The translations under genes and the position numbers were made by a program. This document shows, piece after piece, positions 48,814-62,178 of a DNA stretch of 64,000 bases. Positions within the stretch are counted from its first letter, which is position 1; every line of letters begins with the position of its first letter. This stretch comes from Schmidtea nova (taxonomy: Eukaryota), in assembly GCA_044892505.1 (NCBI GenBank), contig CM097883.1:282782001-282846000 (forward strand). The letters run 5' to 3'. The notes below the pieces were generated by a model. The model saw nothing but the letters and a program-made list of their open reading frames with translations, was not told the DNA's origin and did no database searches.

Positions 48814-50769
48814 GAGGGAAAATGGAAACAATTTAATTAGAACAATCGAGAGTTTTTAACCATAAAAATTTGTTTTTCTGAATCAAATCAAAAAGTAAAA
48901 TTACATAGTATATAAACTGCATTTAAAATTAGACGAAAACACACTTTTGAAACACCACTTTAAAACTCATTTTCATTTTTCAAAAAAAAATTTAAAACAC
49001 TTATTTTTGAAAAGTTAAAAACCACTTTATTAGAAACTTTTTATTGAAAATTTATTTTAACAGTTTGTGAGAAGAAAAACTATTCGGAGCATTCAAGCTG
49101 AGTCTATTCAATTTTAAATGTAAGGAAATTTTTTTAAAAGGCGGTGGATTGGTCATGATCCAATCACACCCGCCAGGTATTTTGTTTCATTTATTCATAA
49201 TTTGATGCAATTTATGTATTTTTATAACTTTTATTTATTACTTATCATATTTATCATTAGATTTTTATCGAAATTTCTTTTGAATCTGATTTATATTTTA
49301 CCTTAAAATTTTTGTGTCGACTAAAATTTGCAATATAATCTAAATATCACATTCACATACAAAAATCTATTAATAATTTATAGTATTTTTTATTATTATA
49401 ATAAAATTTTTCCATACATTCTGATATTGATTCTGGACGCGCATATAGCGGTCTATTATTGACTAAGTAGCTATTGGAGCATTTCAAAGAGTAGATCGGT
49501 ACTTTTTTGTCCAACCTTTGATGAAAACACTTAAACATCCTGATCAAAAGCTATTTATTATAAATTGATACATATCATTAATTGAACATAAAATATTGAA
49601 CCTATCACTTTGTGGTGTGAAGTGAGTAGCGGTGGTCGACAATTTCACAAGAAGGTTGCCGATTCACCAATATTTATTTCGTTTCCCAGAGTTATATGCT
49701 CGAAGTTTCATAAAGAAATATATTTACTCTCAAATTTTAAATGATTTAGCGAAATTCATTCAAAAAATATATTCCATGTAAGATTTTCACTAATAAAAGA
49801 ATCATTTTCAATATCAATGAACAGAATACTACTACTACTCGAAAGAATTTCAAATTAATGCCAAAACTGAAGCCGCACTAGAAATAATTTAGACTTGATC
49901 AATTAATAATAAACTAATTATTTGATACCTATGCACTGAACATCAGGAAATCATAAAAATCTAGAAACGAATAAATTCCCGTTCGATAATTAGACTAATA
50001 CAAGCATTAAATTTCATTTATTATTTAGACGGTAATGATTATGTTCAAAATGTAAGCTAACACAAGATCGTTCATCAGTCGCTCATCCACATTACTACGG
50101 GATATGCCCTCAGTTTATATTTCATGTGTAAAATATCAATTTATTTCAGTTGTTATCATTTGTTAATGCGGTTAATGCCTGAATTTTGAAATTAGTATTC
50201 GTCTTCACTTAATTCCTATTTATGTGCAGCGTATAGCAAAATATACCCTCACAGTGACACTATCATTTCAAAAACCCTCAAAATCGAGCTCCAAATTCCG
50301 GGAATCTAGTGTATTTACACAAAACTTCTTGGGAAGCGAACAACATCAACTGAAACCTTTTTTTTATTCTTCTTAATTACATGTATTGACACCAAAGAAA
50401 TAGAATATCAAATGTCTAATACGAGTGAAGTCTATTTGTTTAAGTGTGATATTACTAAGTTAACAATTTTCTGACAAGAGATACATTTTTATCATACATT
50501 ATGTCGTATATCTTGACTAGGTTTAGTAAGAAAGTCACTTAATTTACGTTTATATAGATTACTAATACAGCCATTGCTTCTTGAAAGATTTCGTATAATA
50601 CATGCATAATACTAATATCGGAAGGCTGGAGATGTCTATTGTTATGAATCTACATTTAAATAGAAAATTCTACAAAACGTTAGTAAAAAATCAATCAAAT
50701 TGAGAAAAGAATTCTTAACATCATTATTCTCAATTAATTACTATTGAATTCAGTTTATAAATATTTAGA

Positions 50770-51481
50770 ACTAGCTAGGATTACCCAGCGTTGCCCAGGC
50801 CAATATGTACAAGTAAGCAAAGCATGATACTGAAGCAAGGTTTGATGTCCACCTGGAACTTTGTTATACCAATTTTGGGCAATGTACAGTAAGACACACC
50901 CATAGGTTGTAGTGTTACACAATAATCACACAAAATGAGACCCTGTTGGTTAAAACTATGAAATAACTGTAAGACATTAAAAAAGTAATATGTTTTGACT
51001 ATTATCCACTTAAAAACAACAAATAAAGAATTTCCTAGAAAATATTTACTCAAATATTTTAATGAAATTGTACTTCGCGCTCTGAAAATAAAATCTTGAA
51101 CATGTTACAAAAGGTTAAATCACGGGTAATTTCTTCACATTTGATTATTATTGTTTTCTTTAAAATTGCAAACGGCTTAGAGGTACATAGGCCCCAAGTC
51201 TTTCTGGATCCGGATTGCGGGTACGGAAACAAGATCAGCCACCACTAAAAGATAGGTGCTCTACAACCTTTATAAAGTTTTCACCAAATTGCACGGTTGA
51301 TGTTGCAGAGCCACTCTGGACCCCATTTTGGGCCCCCTGACCCAGGGGATCAGGGCACGATGTCGAAACACAAATTAGAACCTCCCTCGAGGACTATCCT
51401 CATGCCAAATTTCATCTATATCACTCTAGCGGTTAGGATTTCTATAGATAACACACAAACATTTTCTTTTATATATTAGAT
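50770..51481 (+). mobile_element. Helitron/Helentron-associated (HINE/DINE-1-like) element
   Basis: 5' ACTAGCTAGGATTACCCAGCGTTGCCCAGG; 3' AAATTTCATC...CACACAAACATTTTCTTTTATATATTAGAT. Confidence 0.6.
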
Positions 51482-53903
51482 TGATTATTATTAATGCAAG
51501 CATAAAAATAAAGATTCAAAACAAATACTTTATTTTTTTAAAACAATGATAAAACATACCAATGAGTATTTAATTTAGAACCAAACTTAAAAGAAAATAA
51601 ATATAATATAATATCCATCATGTCTTCTGAACTTTCATGTATCATGGCTAATTTCATTTTTGAATTCGCCTCTTTGTGAATATTTAATTTTCGATGTACT
51701 AAAGCAAATATTTTATTTCACTTCTACCAGCCCAACACGCATATCATCCAGCAAATTGTCACGTAAAAATGGTCAACTCTCGCAATTTCCAAAAATTAAA
51801 TAGCTCAGAATTCAAAATTTTTAATACGAATCTACTAAAAATTGAATGACAAACAAAAAATGGTAAAAAAGTCTCGATAAAAAAAGTCGTATAAAAGCAT
51901 AGTTTTGATAACTTTTATTATATCAGAACTTTTGTGTGGTTATGAGAGTTATATAAATAAATAAATACTATACTATACTATACTATAATAAAATACTAGT
52001 TTGCGTCTTTGAATACCGTATTGCATTTCAATAAAAATGTAATAGGATTCTAGACGTTTAATTAATTTGAAAAATCATTGCCCTTGGCCAATCCCCTGTT
52101 CCCCAACATCAATCATTGAGAATTATGCACACATCATAATTAACGGCCAAACTCAATCAATAAGCTTAACACGTCCAAAACTTTGCACTGGGTTTTATCG
52201 AAAACCAAAAAGCACAAGAGCTTGAAATTGAACATCTAAATCACAGTCCAGAAAGATATTATAATTTCCCAAACAACAAAGACTTTTGTACAAAACCAAC
52301 ATAAAATTAATACAATCAACCACTTACTAATCAAAATAAATGACCATAAAACCGACTTTGAAATACAAAAGTAGTCAAAATGTTGAGAAAACTAACTATC
52401 AAAGATCATTAACAACAGCATTAAACGAAACTGAAAAATCAATCAAACGTTTTTATCAAAAGAATACGCAACAAGGCAGACCTTCAGCAAATAACAGATT
52501 CAAAAAGATATATTTCGCGCATTAGTTACACAAAAGAACAATCAACCAATCAAACGAGACTCCAGGTAGTTTAATCGAAAATAATCATTTTAATAAAACC
52601 TTTGAACTCCATTTTTTATATTTTGTTCGGTTGTTACAACTCTTTTCTTCATCTTTTATTTTTACTATTTTCAACATTCATGCCATACCATTGTAAACAA
52701 AATTGTAAATAAATAAAATGTTGGACCATCAAAATAAGGTCTTAAAGAGAAACAAATTAAAACGAAATATAAAAACAATAAATTACCAACGATTACCGAG
52801 GAACCTTGAGAGGATCTGAAATGAATAAATAAAATTAAAATATACAAAAAATATAAATAATACTAGTGCAAATTAAATAATTTGCCCGTAGATCGAACTG
52901 AGGACATAGCTGAAATTAAAAAGAATTAAATGTTTATAAAATAAATCAAACAAACCAGCTAAGGAATTCCAGATAAGACCGATCTAAATGATAGATAAAA
53001 CAAATATTTATAAACAGATCAAACTGCGAACCCGGGATGAAATTCCAAATACCTAAAAAAGAAAAGATTTTAAGTGGTAAACAGTTAATAGATAAATAAA
53101 ACATTACCAATTAATATCCAACAGACATTAAGAAAGAATTTCAACATGATGACGTAGTTGATTTAATTGGAAATTCACGTGAAAAAGGGGACGTATATCT
53201 ATTTGAGGGGATGTTTGAATTATCCTCCGTAGTGCGAGTAAATTGATTTTTAGTGGGAGATCTTCTAGCTAACAGTATAACCGATTGATCGATTGGGGTA
53301 TTGTGCGATTGGATAGAGCGATTATTGGTGTCGGTGGATTTGTGTGATAAAAATGTAGAGAGCCAATATAGCGGGTCAAGTAACACGATCGTTTCTCGTG
53401 GTCTATGAATCAATTTTGGTAATGATCAATATCGATCGACCTAATCTACGTGGTGATATGCCAAGGCGGAGTGGACGGAATGATGAACGGGTTGGATAAC
53501 GAGTGATAGCTTGATAGCACTAATACTTACCATGTATGAGGTCAACAAATTATATAATAGTTAAAGGACCTATAAATAGATGACAAGTAGAGCCGCATAA
53601 GCGCCAATAAACATTCCCTTAAATAGTGTCAGCTAAATTCGTGAAAAGTGGCATGAGATGTGCATCCGGATTTTTCTTATCAACGTTGCACCCGACCTTA
53701 TCACACATAATTTACACACACGCATATAAATGGGAAGTCGCGAATTTGGGTTTACATTTAATTTTCAATTTTAATTATATTTAGCCCGTAATCATATCAA
53801 CACGATGGAAAAAAATCGAAGAATGTTCAACAGTGCCAAGTACTCCAATGAGCAATCATAACCAACATTTTTATTAGAATATTTTAATTTCAGAAGACAA
53901 ACC

Positions 53904-54470
53904 ATGAATGTCATCAGGCCGATTCAGTCTCCAGGAATTGCCACTCTGTATCACAGGGATAGAAAGGTCGCAGTACCAGCCACCTGTCCAATCAAGAGAA
54001 TCTCGTCTGCAGTTGCTAACGAATTTGTTTTCCATGCATGAAGATAGCGAATTGAATTTCTGAGGTCAGCACCCTTCGGAATATGAAAAAGTGATCGCAA
54101 AGAAATATGGTGGCAAGGTGGCACACAATGGCCAGGGGAGTTCAGGAAACTCATCGCCTACAAAAACGCCAGCTTTTAGTTTATCGTGCTGCGTGATGAG
54201 ATGGCAGTGCTACGATGGTTACAACATTTTCAAAATGTTACTGTGCCGGACTTAAATTCCTTGAGATTCATTCTGCTGGACAAGCCACGACATAATCAAG
54301 CAGGCGAAGGTTTGGGATATTCGAACCTACTGTTCGACTTCCGCGAACAATGGCGAAAGATATCTGAGTGGGCAGACGAAATACACATACAGGAAGTTTT
54401 CCTCTACCGATCAACTACCTGCTGGAGATTCAACAAAGCTATTTATGATGAGAAAGGGATCGTGAAGTAG
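53904..54470 (+). pseudogene. Unknown protein family Z, copy 2
   Basis: Single frame of 188 codons with 4 stops; homologous to 6807-7372. Confidence 0.6.
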
Positions 54471-55059
54471 GAAGTGAATCTCTCTCAAGAGCTAATCTGA
54501 CGAATAACCTGGATGGATTGAGTGTCTCTACGATCCGATCAAATACGATGAACTTTTTATTATTTTGAGGGAAAATTTCAACTTAATTAAATGAAGAAAG
54601 CATTATAATTATTATCAGTAGCGTAAATCCATGATACGAAAAAATCAAATATTTTCACATGAAACCTCAGTAATTAACTATTTCAAGGCAGACGGTTATC
54701 TGTAAAGACCACCTATTCAAAAATTGTTTTATATCTTCCTACTGGTTTTCTCAACTAGCCACGACGTTAAATGTGTTGTCTATATGGTACTTTAAATGCA
54801 TACTATGCGTTTCGTGTAATATTTTTTTTGTGAGCTAGTTTAGGTTAATGTAATGAAATGTTATTTTTTAAATATAAATAAAGTTTATAAAAAACTTATT
54901 ATTTTTGTTTTTGCCCTATTGCGGTCAGGTGGTCTCATGAGATAACCGCGTCCTGCAGGATAACGTTAATATTGTTGAGTATTACTATTTATTTAAGTCG
55001 GTGCTGCTGATCTGACTCTTTGGTGTTCTTATGATTGATTTCCGAAAATAACCCAACAC

Positions 55060-55430
55060 AGGAATATTTATTTAAAATCACAATTAATACACTTCTTTGA
55101 TATCGTTTCTGACAACAACAAATACAATATCTTTGAACTGCTTTCGATGGTGCGTGGGAATAAGTCTCCCAATGGAAGATTTCCCCTTCTGGTACGCGTG
55201 AAGAACAAATTTAATGTTGACTTTCCCTTTAAGTTCTCTCAACTTTTCTAATTCGATTTCGTCTACTTCTCTTTGATTATTCGGTTAACTGTTTTTAATA
55301 ATTTTGTTCACCGTTTTGTTCGACCACTCTGGCGACTTCTGGGATTTTCGTATTGTTTATATACTGTTCGTTTTGAATGAGCTTTACCCAGAAGGCTATT
55401 TCCCACTTGTTGTTTCTTAATTACTTTAAT
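55060..55430 (-). pseudogene. Unknown degraded ORF convergent on family Z copy 2
   Basis: NNKWEIAFWVKLIQNEQY..., then after a frameshift EVDEIELEKLRELKGKVNIKFVLHAYQKG...KEVY*. Confidence 0.35.
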
Positions 55431-55981
55431 TAAAAACATGAAATCGATTATACCTTCCATAATTGCTCTTCGGGTTTCCTGTTGACATCAATTTTCTAAG
55501 GGCTAATTACCTCGTCCAGGTTTCCCACACTACTCGGGTTCCCTATTAGCTCGGGTTTCCCATTAGCCAATTAATTAATTAATTAATTAATTTTTAATTC
55601 TTTTCTTCCGGGGACCCCCCATAGATTTTATTTTACTGTTTTTGGATTTGTTTCACAATTTGGCATACACCCATACCTATTTCCCCCGCAAATATTTATT
55701 TTTTTTTAATTTTCTAAGTTTTTAATTAATTTCCGTGATTTAACTATTAATTTTAAAGATTTATATTTTATTGATTTTTACAAAGTTTTTATGCTTCCTA
55801 TTTTTGTGATAGACTAATTTTACTAAACCCCAACAATATTTTTGTTTAATTATATTAGTCTTGTATGTTTTATTTGTTTATATAAAACCAGTAAATATGC
55901 CGTATTCATTAATTTTCGAAAGAAAAAATAATTCAGCCCTCAAGGGGTTAATACTGAAAGGGGATATACTGAAAGTGATGG

Positions 55982-56016
<35 letters not shown>

Positions 56017-56049
56017 ATTATTATTTATTATTATTTTTATTATTGAAAT

Positions 56050-56394
56050 AATGAAGCTAAGGCAGTCGGGTGCGCTTGCAAATAGTTTCTGTTGAACACT
56101 TTAAGTGCGCAGAGGCGAAAATGAAATTCATACGCCATGTTTGCAAGTTACAGACTATCTGTAAGACCTTGCATATTCAAGTGATGTTTAATTCAGTGTA
56201 TCAGGTATGGTATTTAACAAAAATCTTTCAACTTTGTTTAATACTTACCTGGCGAGGAGAGAAACTTTCGCGTCTCCTGCATAGCACTGACAAGAGACAA
56301 AAGCTCGAAACTAGTCTGCTATATGGGATTTGCACTGGGTATCACAAAGCTTTACTTGTTAAAAACAGTGAAGTCATCCGACAAATGTTTTTTT
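56050..56394 (-). pseudogene. Two degraded exon-like segments of an unidentified gene
   Basis: Perfect donor CCAG|GTAAGTAT near 56250 and acceptor TACAG; in-frame text with stops (LVSAMQETRKFLSSP / DSL*LANMAYEFHFRLCALKVF). Confidence 0.3.
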
Positions 56395-56532
56395 NNNNNN
56401 NNNNNNNNNNNNNNNNNNNNNNNNNNNNNNNNNNNNNNNNNNNNNNNNNNNNNNNNNNNNNNNNNNNNNNNNNNNNNNNNNNNNNNNNNNNNNNNNNNNN
56501 NNNNNNNNNNNNNNNNNNNNNNNNNNNNNNNN

Positions 56533-56735
56533 ACTATAGATCAAAATTTTTTTTTATAAACAATAACACAATATTTTGGCACAGCCTTTATCAAGTGTGT
56601 AAATACACACTTGATAAAGGCTGTGCCGAAATATTGTGTTATTGTTTATAAAAAAAAATTTTGATCTATAGTCATTATGAGAATTATTGATAATAATAAT
56701 AAAAAAAGATCAAAGGTGAAAAAAGATAATTATGA

Positions 56736-56820
<85 letters not shown>

Positions 56821-57030
56821 CTTTTTGTTTCACCTGTGATCTTTTTTTAATATTAATATCAATAATTCCCATAATGGATGACTATAGATCAAAATTTCTT
56901 TAAATAAGTACACAATATTTCGGCACAGCCTTTATCAACTTGATAAAGGCTGTGTCGAAATATTGTGTATTTATTTAAAGAAATTTTGATCTATAGTCAT
57001 CCATTATGGGAATTATTAATATTAATATTA
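56533..57030. repeat. Two adjacent palindromic family Y elements separated by (ATT)n
   Basis: Hairpin 56533-56672 (about 69-bp arms, 2-nt loop) and hairpin about 56846-57029 (about 90-bp arms, 1-nt loop at 56939). Confidence 0.9.
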
Positions 57031-57076
57031 TTATTATTTATATTATTTTTATTTTTATTAGTATTATATTTTTATT

Positions 57077-57142
<66 letters not shown>

Positions 57143-57480
57143 ATGACCACGATATTCTGTCCGCGACATTTTGACTACGACATTCGGTCCGCGACATTTT
57201 GCCTGGCCACCTTGAAAATCTACAGCCTTAATGATTAAGCAAATTTATAGAGTAGATATCACTATGGTAACCAAAGAATGGATATTTCCATAGAAATGAG
57301 AAAAGGACTTCCCAATAATACACCATGTTGAATATTAAATTAAATAATTTAAAACGAAGTCACAAATCTGTTTAGTATTATAATTGTTTTACAAATAGGT
57401 ACAATTACATTGTTGTATCTTTAATGACATTAATTGGTTTAATTAAATAATTTAATTATCAGGAATGTTCAAAATTATTT

Positions 57481-57637
57481 TTATTTTTGATTAAATCCTT
57501 CCTCAATTAATTCTTTTTGTTCAGCAGTTAAATACCGTGGGAAAACAATTTCGAATTTTATAATCAAGTCACCTTTCTCGTCTCCCACTTCAGTAAGAGG
57601 CATTCCTTCTCCTTTCACTGTCATATTATAGGTAGGA
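57481..57637 (-). CDS. DNAJB13: DNAJB13-like co-chaperone, terminal exon (not in the ORF track)
   Basis: PTYNMTVKGEGMPLTEVGDEKGDLIIKFEIVFPRYLTAEQKELIEEGFNQK*; acceptor TTTAG; phase 2 matches the upstream exon. Confidence 0.85.
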
Positions 57638-58284
57638 CTAAATGGATGAAAAAAATAATATTAAACTATTGATAGTACAATAAATTATAATTAAATTTTA
57701 TTAATTTAAAGTTGAGGGCAATTAAAAATTTTATTGCCAGGTGCTATTTTTCAAAATAATAAAAATTATTTTGGATACATATTTTTTGTATATCTACTAT
57801 TTATAAATTTAAATGTTGTTTTTGAATGAAAAAAATGGTTAAATTAATGTTATTGATTTTCACTTTGTATTTGACTTCAGGTGTTCAAGCTTTTCGATTG
57901 ACAATCATATACACAATATTTATTTGCTATCACCAAAATTTAAAAAATTGACTAAATTTAATTATAATTGCACTGCAAATTGATGAACAAAAATTATACT
58001 GAATGCTTGTGTTACATCGGAATTAATTATTATACTTAATATCCATTATAAATTTATTATTCAAAATTAATAACAAACAATATCGAATATTTAAACAATT
58101 ATTTATTTAAACAATTGAAATAACTCTCTCTTTCTTAAAGCCCATGTCATTTCTTTACCCATTCTATTCTTCTTTCTTTTATTCAATCTTGAGATTGAAA
58201 TTAGAATATTTGCGTAAATTAATAACATCCATAATTTCTAAAAACTGTTTTATAAAAACAAACCAAATTTCTAATATTATTAAA

Positions 58285-58830
58285 ACACATAACACAACAA
58301 GCATGGCACTAAAATAATTAAAAACAAACGCCAATCTAAATATATATTTTGCACAATATATTTCGAGAACTTAATTCTCTTCATCAGGTGCTACCCAATC
58401 TTACATTCAAATCTAAATCAAATAAATCGATTTTTTCAAACAAATTAGTATTAATTTTTAAAATAAAATATATATTTTAAATCTCATATTATAGTCAAAA
58501 AATTTAAATCGATTAAAAATTTTTAATTTAAATAAATTAATCTTAAAAATATAATATTCTTTTATTTTTATACAAAAAAATATTTTTTTAAGAATATATT
58601 ATAAATATTTCCATATTTATAAACAACAGAATGATTGAAAACGAAATCCATAATCCCCAATTGAAAATGCTCTAAAACTCGAGTACAGAAAAGACGGTCA
58701 GTCTTGTCCAAAGTATGTGGCATTAAGCCCATGACATTTGAAAATTTAAACGAGTATAGAACACAAATCAAAGGAAGAAAATAAACATCATAAACAATCA
58801 AATCAGTTAATTTACTTAAACCGAAAAAAA
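58285..58830 (-). repeat. Family X copy in the DNAJB13-like intron
   Basis: Colinear with 30100-30620 (reverse complement). Confidence 0.85.
58351..58391 (-). ncRNA. Minimal type I hammerhead ribozyme, intact core
   Basis: GCAC CTGATGA A GAGAA TTAAG TTCTC GAAA TATATT GTGC: stem I GCAC/GTGC, stem II GAGAA/TTCTC, palindromic ATATAT stem III, predicted AUU cleavage. Confidence 0.7.
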
Positions 58831-58849
58831 TGAATCGATTTTCTTGTAC

Positions 58850-60050
58850 ATTAACTTAATCCAGTTGCTTACAATACAGATTTTTTTTCCATTTTGATAA
58901 AAAAACTTTTAAAGTATTTACATATTATTTTAAAACTATCCATGGATCTTTGGTTGAAGACAGGAAATTTGACGAAAGAAAGGCCAAATACTTCTACTGA
59001 TACGTCTATCATCAAAGAAGAAAATAATCCAAAAACTGTGATTTCTTCAAAATCGAATATTAAAGTACAAATGTCATCTATGAACAGACCAAAACGGAAG
59101 TACGATGAAAGTTATTTAAATTTTGAATTTACGTATATAGGCAATTCAGATGCTCCTTGATGCAATGTGTGTTTTGTGTCAAAAAATACTCGCAAACAGT
59201 TCTTTAGCTTCAGCTAAACTTTGCAGGCACTTCTAAACGACACACTCTGATTACAAAGGAAAATATATGCAATTTTTTAAGAGACAACGTGACTCACTAG
59301 AAAAGTCCAAATTTCAAATGATTACAATGGCTAAAACTGAAAATGAAAATGCAACAGAAGCCTCTTATCGCGTGAGTTATCGTATTGCATTTAATGGTGA
59401 AGCTCATACAATCAGAGAGACGCTCATTAAGCCATGTGCGAAAGACATGGTGTCATGTACTCTTAATGAGCAGGCTACTAAAAAGATGATGCAATACAAT
59501 TATCAAATAATACTGTTTCAAGACGCATTAAAGATATTTCTACTAGCATAGAGAAAGAGTTAATTTGTCGACTTGGACTTTGCAGTGAATATTGATATTT
59601 GTACAGATGGTGCTCGTGCAATGGTAGGAAAAATGAAAGGTGTTGTATCACTTATCCTGAAAATAACTATAAGAGCTACTAGCAGTCACTGTATTTTGCA
59701 TAGGCATTCACTGTTGACTAAAAAAATTCCAAAAAATTTTAAAAAATGTTATCGATGAAGCCGTGAAAATGATAAATTATGTAAAATCTAAAACATTTCA
59801 ATTCAGATTATTTAAAACTTTGTGCGATGAAATGGGGAGTTAGAACCCAAAATCATCAAAGTCATTAGGAGTTTTATTTATTTGTATTCTTATGTTTATT
59901 AAATAAATGATATTTCTTTAAAAACATTTTTTATTTTTATTTATACTATTATGAATTACCCAACCTAAAAAATAAGCTAAGTATTCCGCCAAAATTTTCG
60001 GATTTGCCAAATGTTCCGTCGCTGAAAAAGTTTGGTAATAGGCAATATTG
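58850..60050 (+). mobile_element. Decayed Buster/Charlie-type hAT
   Basis: KRKYDESYLNFEF, C..C...LANSSL..AKL.RH, EASYRVSYRIA...HTI.ETLIKP, ICTDGARAM, HCILHR; Charlie-like right end near 60015-60045. Confidence 0.85.
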
Positions 60051-60427
60051 ATACACAAGCTTTCATTAAATATTTTAATTTTTTAATTTTCAATCATTCT
60101 TAAATATGAAATTTACAGTCAAGCCAATTAATAACTTCAATATTTATCATAATTATCTTTTTGTTTCCCGTTTGATCTCTTTTTATTTATATTAATAATT
60201 TCCATAATGGTATGACTATTGATCAATGTTTTTTGGTTTTTAAGCACATGATATTTCGGCACATCTTTTATTAAGTGTGTATTTATCTAGGGTGTGCAGG
60301 ATTGAAAAATCATTGGACTGAAGAAAATAAATGACTTCAAATACAACTGCAAATGAAAAACAAAAATAAAATTCATATTTAATAAAAGTAATTTTATAAT
60401 TATAACAATTATTATGAAATGATTTAC

Positions 60428-60599
60428 TCTACGATATTGGTAACCGGAATGTGTAAAACTCGATCGTCCAACGTCACAATGTCTACTATGCAACCAAGAA
60501 GAGCTTTTGCCAAATCGATTTTTGTTTTATAAATAAGATTAAATTTTTCTCTGTAGAATCTTGGGTGAGGTCTATCTTTGAGAACAAATATAATGTCAG
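60428..60599 (-). CDS. DNAJB13: DNAJB13-like co-chaperone, penultimate exon; 5' exons not found in the window
   Basis: ADIIFVLKDRPHPRFYRE..NL....IDLAKALLGCIVDIVTLDDRVLHIPVTNIV; TTTCAG| and |GTAAAT. Confidence 0.88.
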
Positions 60600-60982
60600 C
60601 TGAAATAAATAAAATCAATTTACAATTCTCAATCAATTAAAATCAAGAAAAGTAATCAATATTTCATAAATTGTTCGAGTGCTTCTTTCAATTATTTCTG
60701 TCATTATTGTTCATTATATTAGCTACGGTTTCTAATTATAAACTTCAACTCTTTTACTGCATTATGTGCTAGCTAGAGCAAAAGACTTAATATACAGTTT
60801 TGATTAATGATTTTAAATGTTGAATTTTTGTAATAAAATTTAAAAAAATACAATATTTTATTTTAAATACATTATCACACAAACATGGTACAGAAATAAT
60901 AACACAAAAACGCGAATTCCAAATTATATTCAACACAATATACTTCGAGAATACAATTTTCATCTTCAAGTGCTTTCAGCTC

Positions 60983-61960
60983 CAGGGACGTAGCTAAGGG
61001 GGGGCAGGGGGGGGGGCGCCGAAGAGGAAGATACAGTATATTCATGCTAGACTAACTCTCTCTCAAAGTTTGCGTAAGATGCAAGAAAAACAGTAGTTTC
61101 CTTCCTTGCATCAGGATGTCGTCCACAGTATAGTTGCATATCTGCTGCTTCAGTCCATTTAGTTGTTCTGCAACATCAAACTTGTTAGGTTCTTAGGAAG
61201 GGAGAGAGCCATGTCACTCATGTCTTTCATTTCAAACCCACCAGCCACAATCTAGGCACAGATCTCCATCTCAGGCAAGGTGGAACTTGGTGACCCCTTC
61301 ATGCTCCAGCCACCAGTCATTTCACATCGTTGACGTAGAGCCAATGTTTTGAAAGCTGCTCTTGCTATCTAGAACGTCTGTGCAGCACACCTTGCCCACG
61401 CCGTGTGGGAACATGGGCATGGCCTGCTGAACAGACGGTCTAGATAGATAGTATAGGAGCCTCATCACCGCTCTGGCTCAGCCACCGACAGCCAGCCAGG
61501 ATCGATGTGTTCAATTTCAAATCCGCCAGGCCGCAATGTCGTTCGGCACAGATCTCTGTAGTCAAGCTCAGGCAAGTTGGAACTTGGCGACAGGCTTGCA
61601 CTTGGTGACCCCTTCAAGCTTCGCCTTCATCCAGTCATTTCACATCGCTGTTGTAGAGCTGATGTAAATTAACAGCTGCCCTGCTATCTAGAACGTATGT
61701 GCAGCATACCATGTCCATGGCCTGCTGAACCGAAGGCCTAGATAACAGGAACCTCATGCCCTCATCACCTCTGCGTTCTGGCACAGCCAGCCGGAATGGA
61801 TGGGTTTAGACTGCCGGGCCACTAGATCTTAGACTGTGGTTGGTGTTAAGTGTTCATAATAGGAATGCCGTTCGTATAACAGTCATGTGTAAAATGTGTT
61901 AGATCTGCCTCGTGGCCAGTCGCTTGCTAAACTTGATGTTGGATTGCAAATAAATAAAAT
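60983..61960. mobile_element. hAT-like left end followed by a GC-rich segment with an about 290-bp tandem duplication
   Basis: CAGGGACGTAGCTA plus G runs; about 61255-61545 and 61546-61830 are diverged copies; no matching right TIR seen. Confidence 0.45.
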
Positions 61961-62075
61961 AAATTTTCACGACTGAATAAATAAAAATAAACATCAAAAG
62001 AACTTTATTAATAATATAAAGGGTTGTTGGTGTAGGCTGCATCTTATTGACATTTTTGAGCTCGAACTTCTCTTG

Positions 62076-62178
62076 CTATCTATTTATTTATTTATTTGGT
62101 TATTAAATATTGTGACGTTGAGCTGAATCAGCTCAACGTCACAATATTTAATAACCAAATAAATAAATAAATAGATAG
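62076..62178. repeat. Perfect hairpin, 51-bp arms, 1-nt loop
   Basis: CTATCTATTT...GTTGAGCTGA A TCAGCTCAAC...AAATAGATAG. Confidence 0.95.

Noticed and set aside
56243-56290. U1 snRNA (ATACTTACCTGGC)
   Set aside because: Only 13 nt match and no U1 stem-loops or Sm site follow; better explained as a consensus splice donor on the minus strand.
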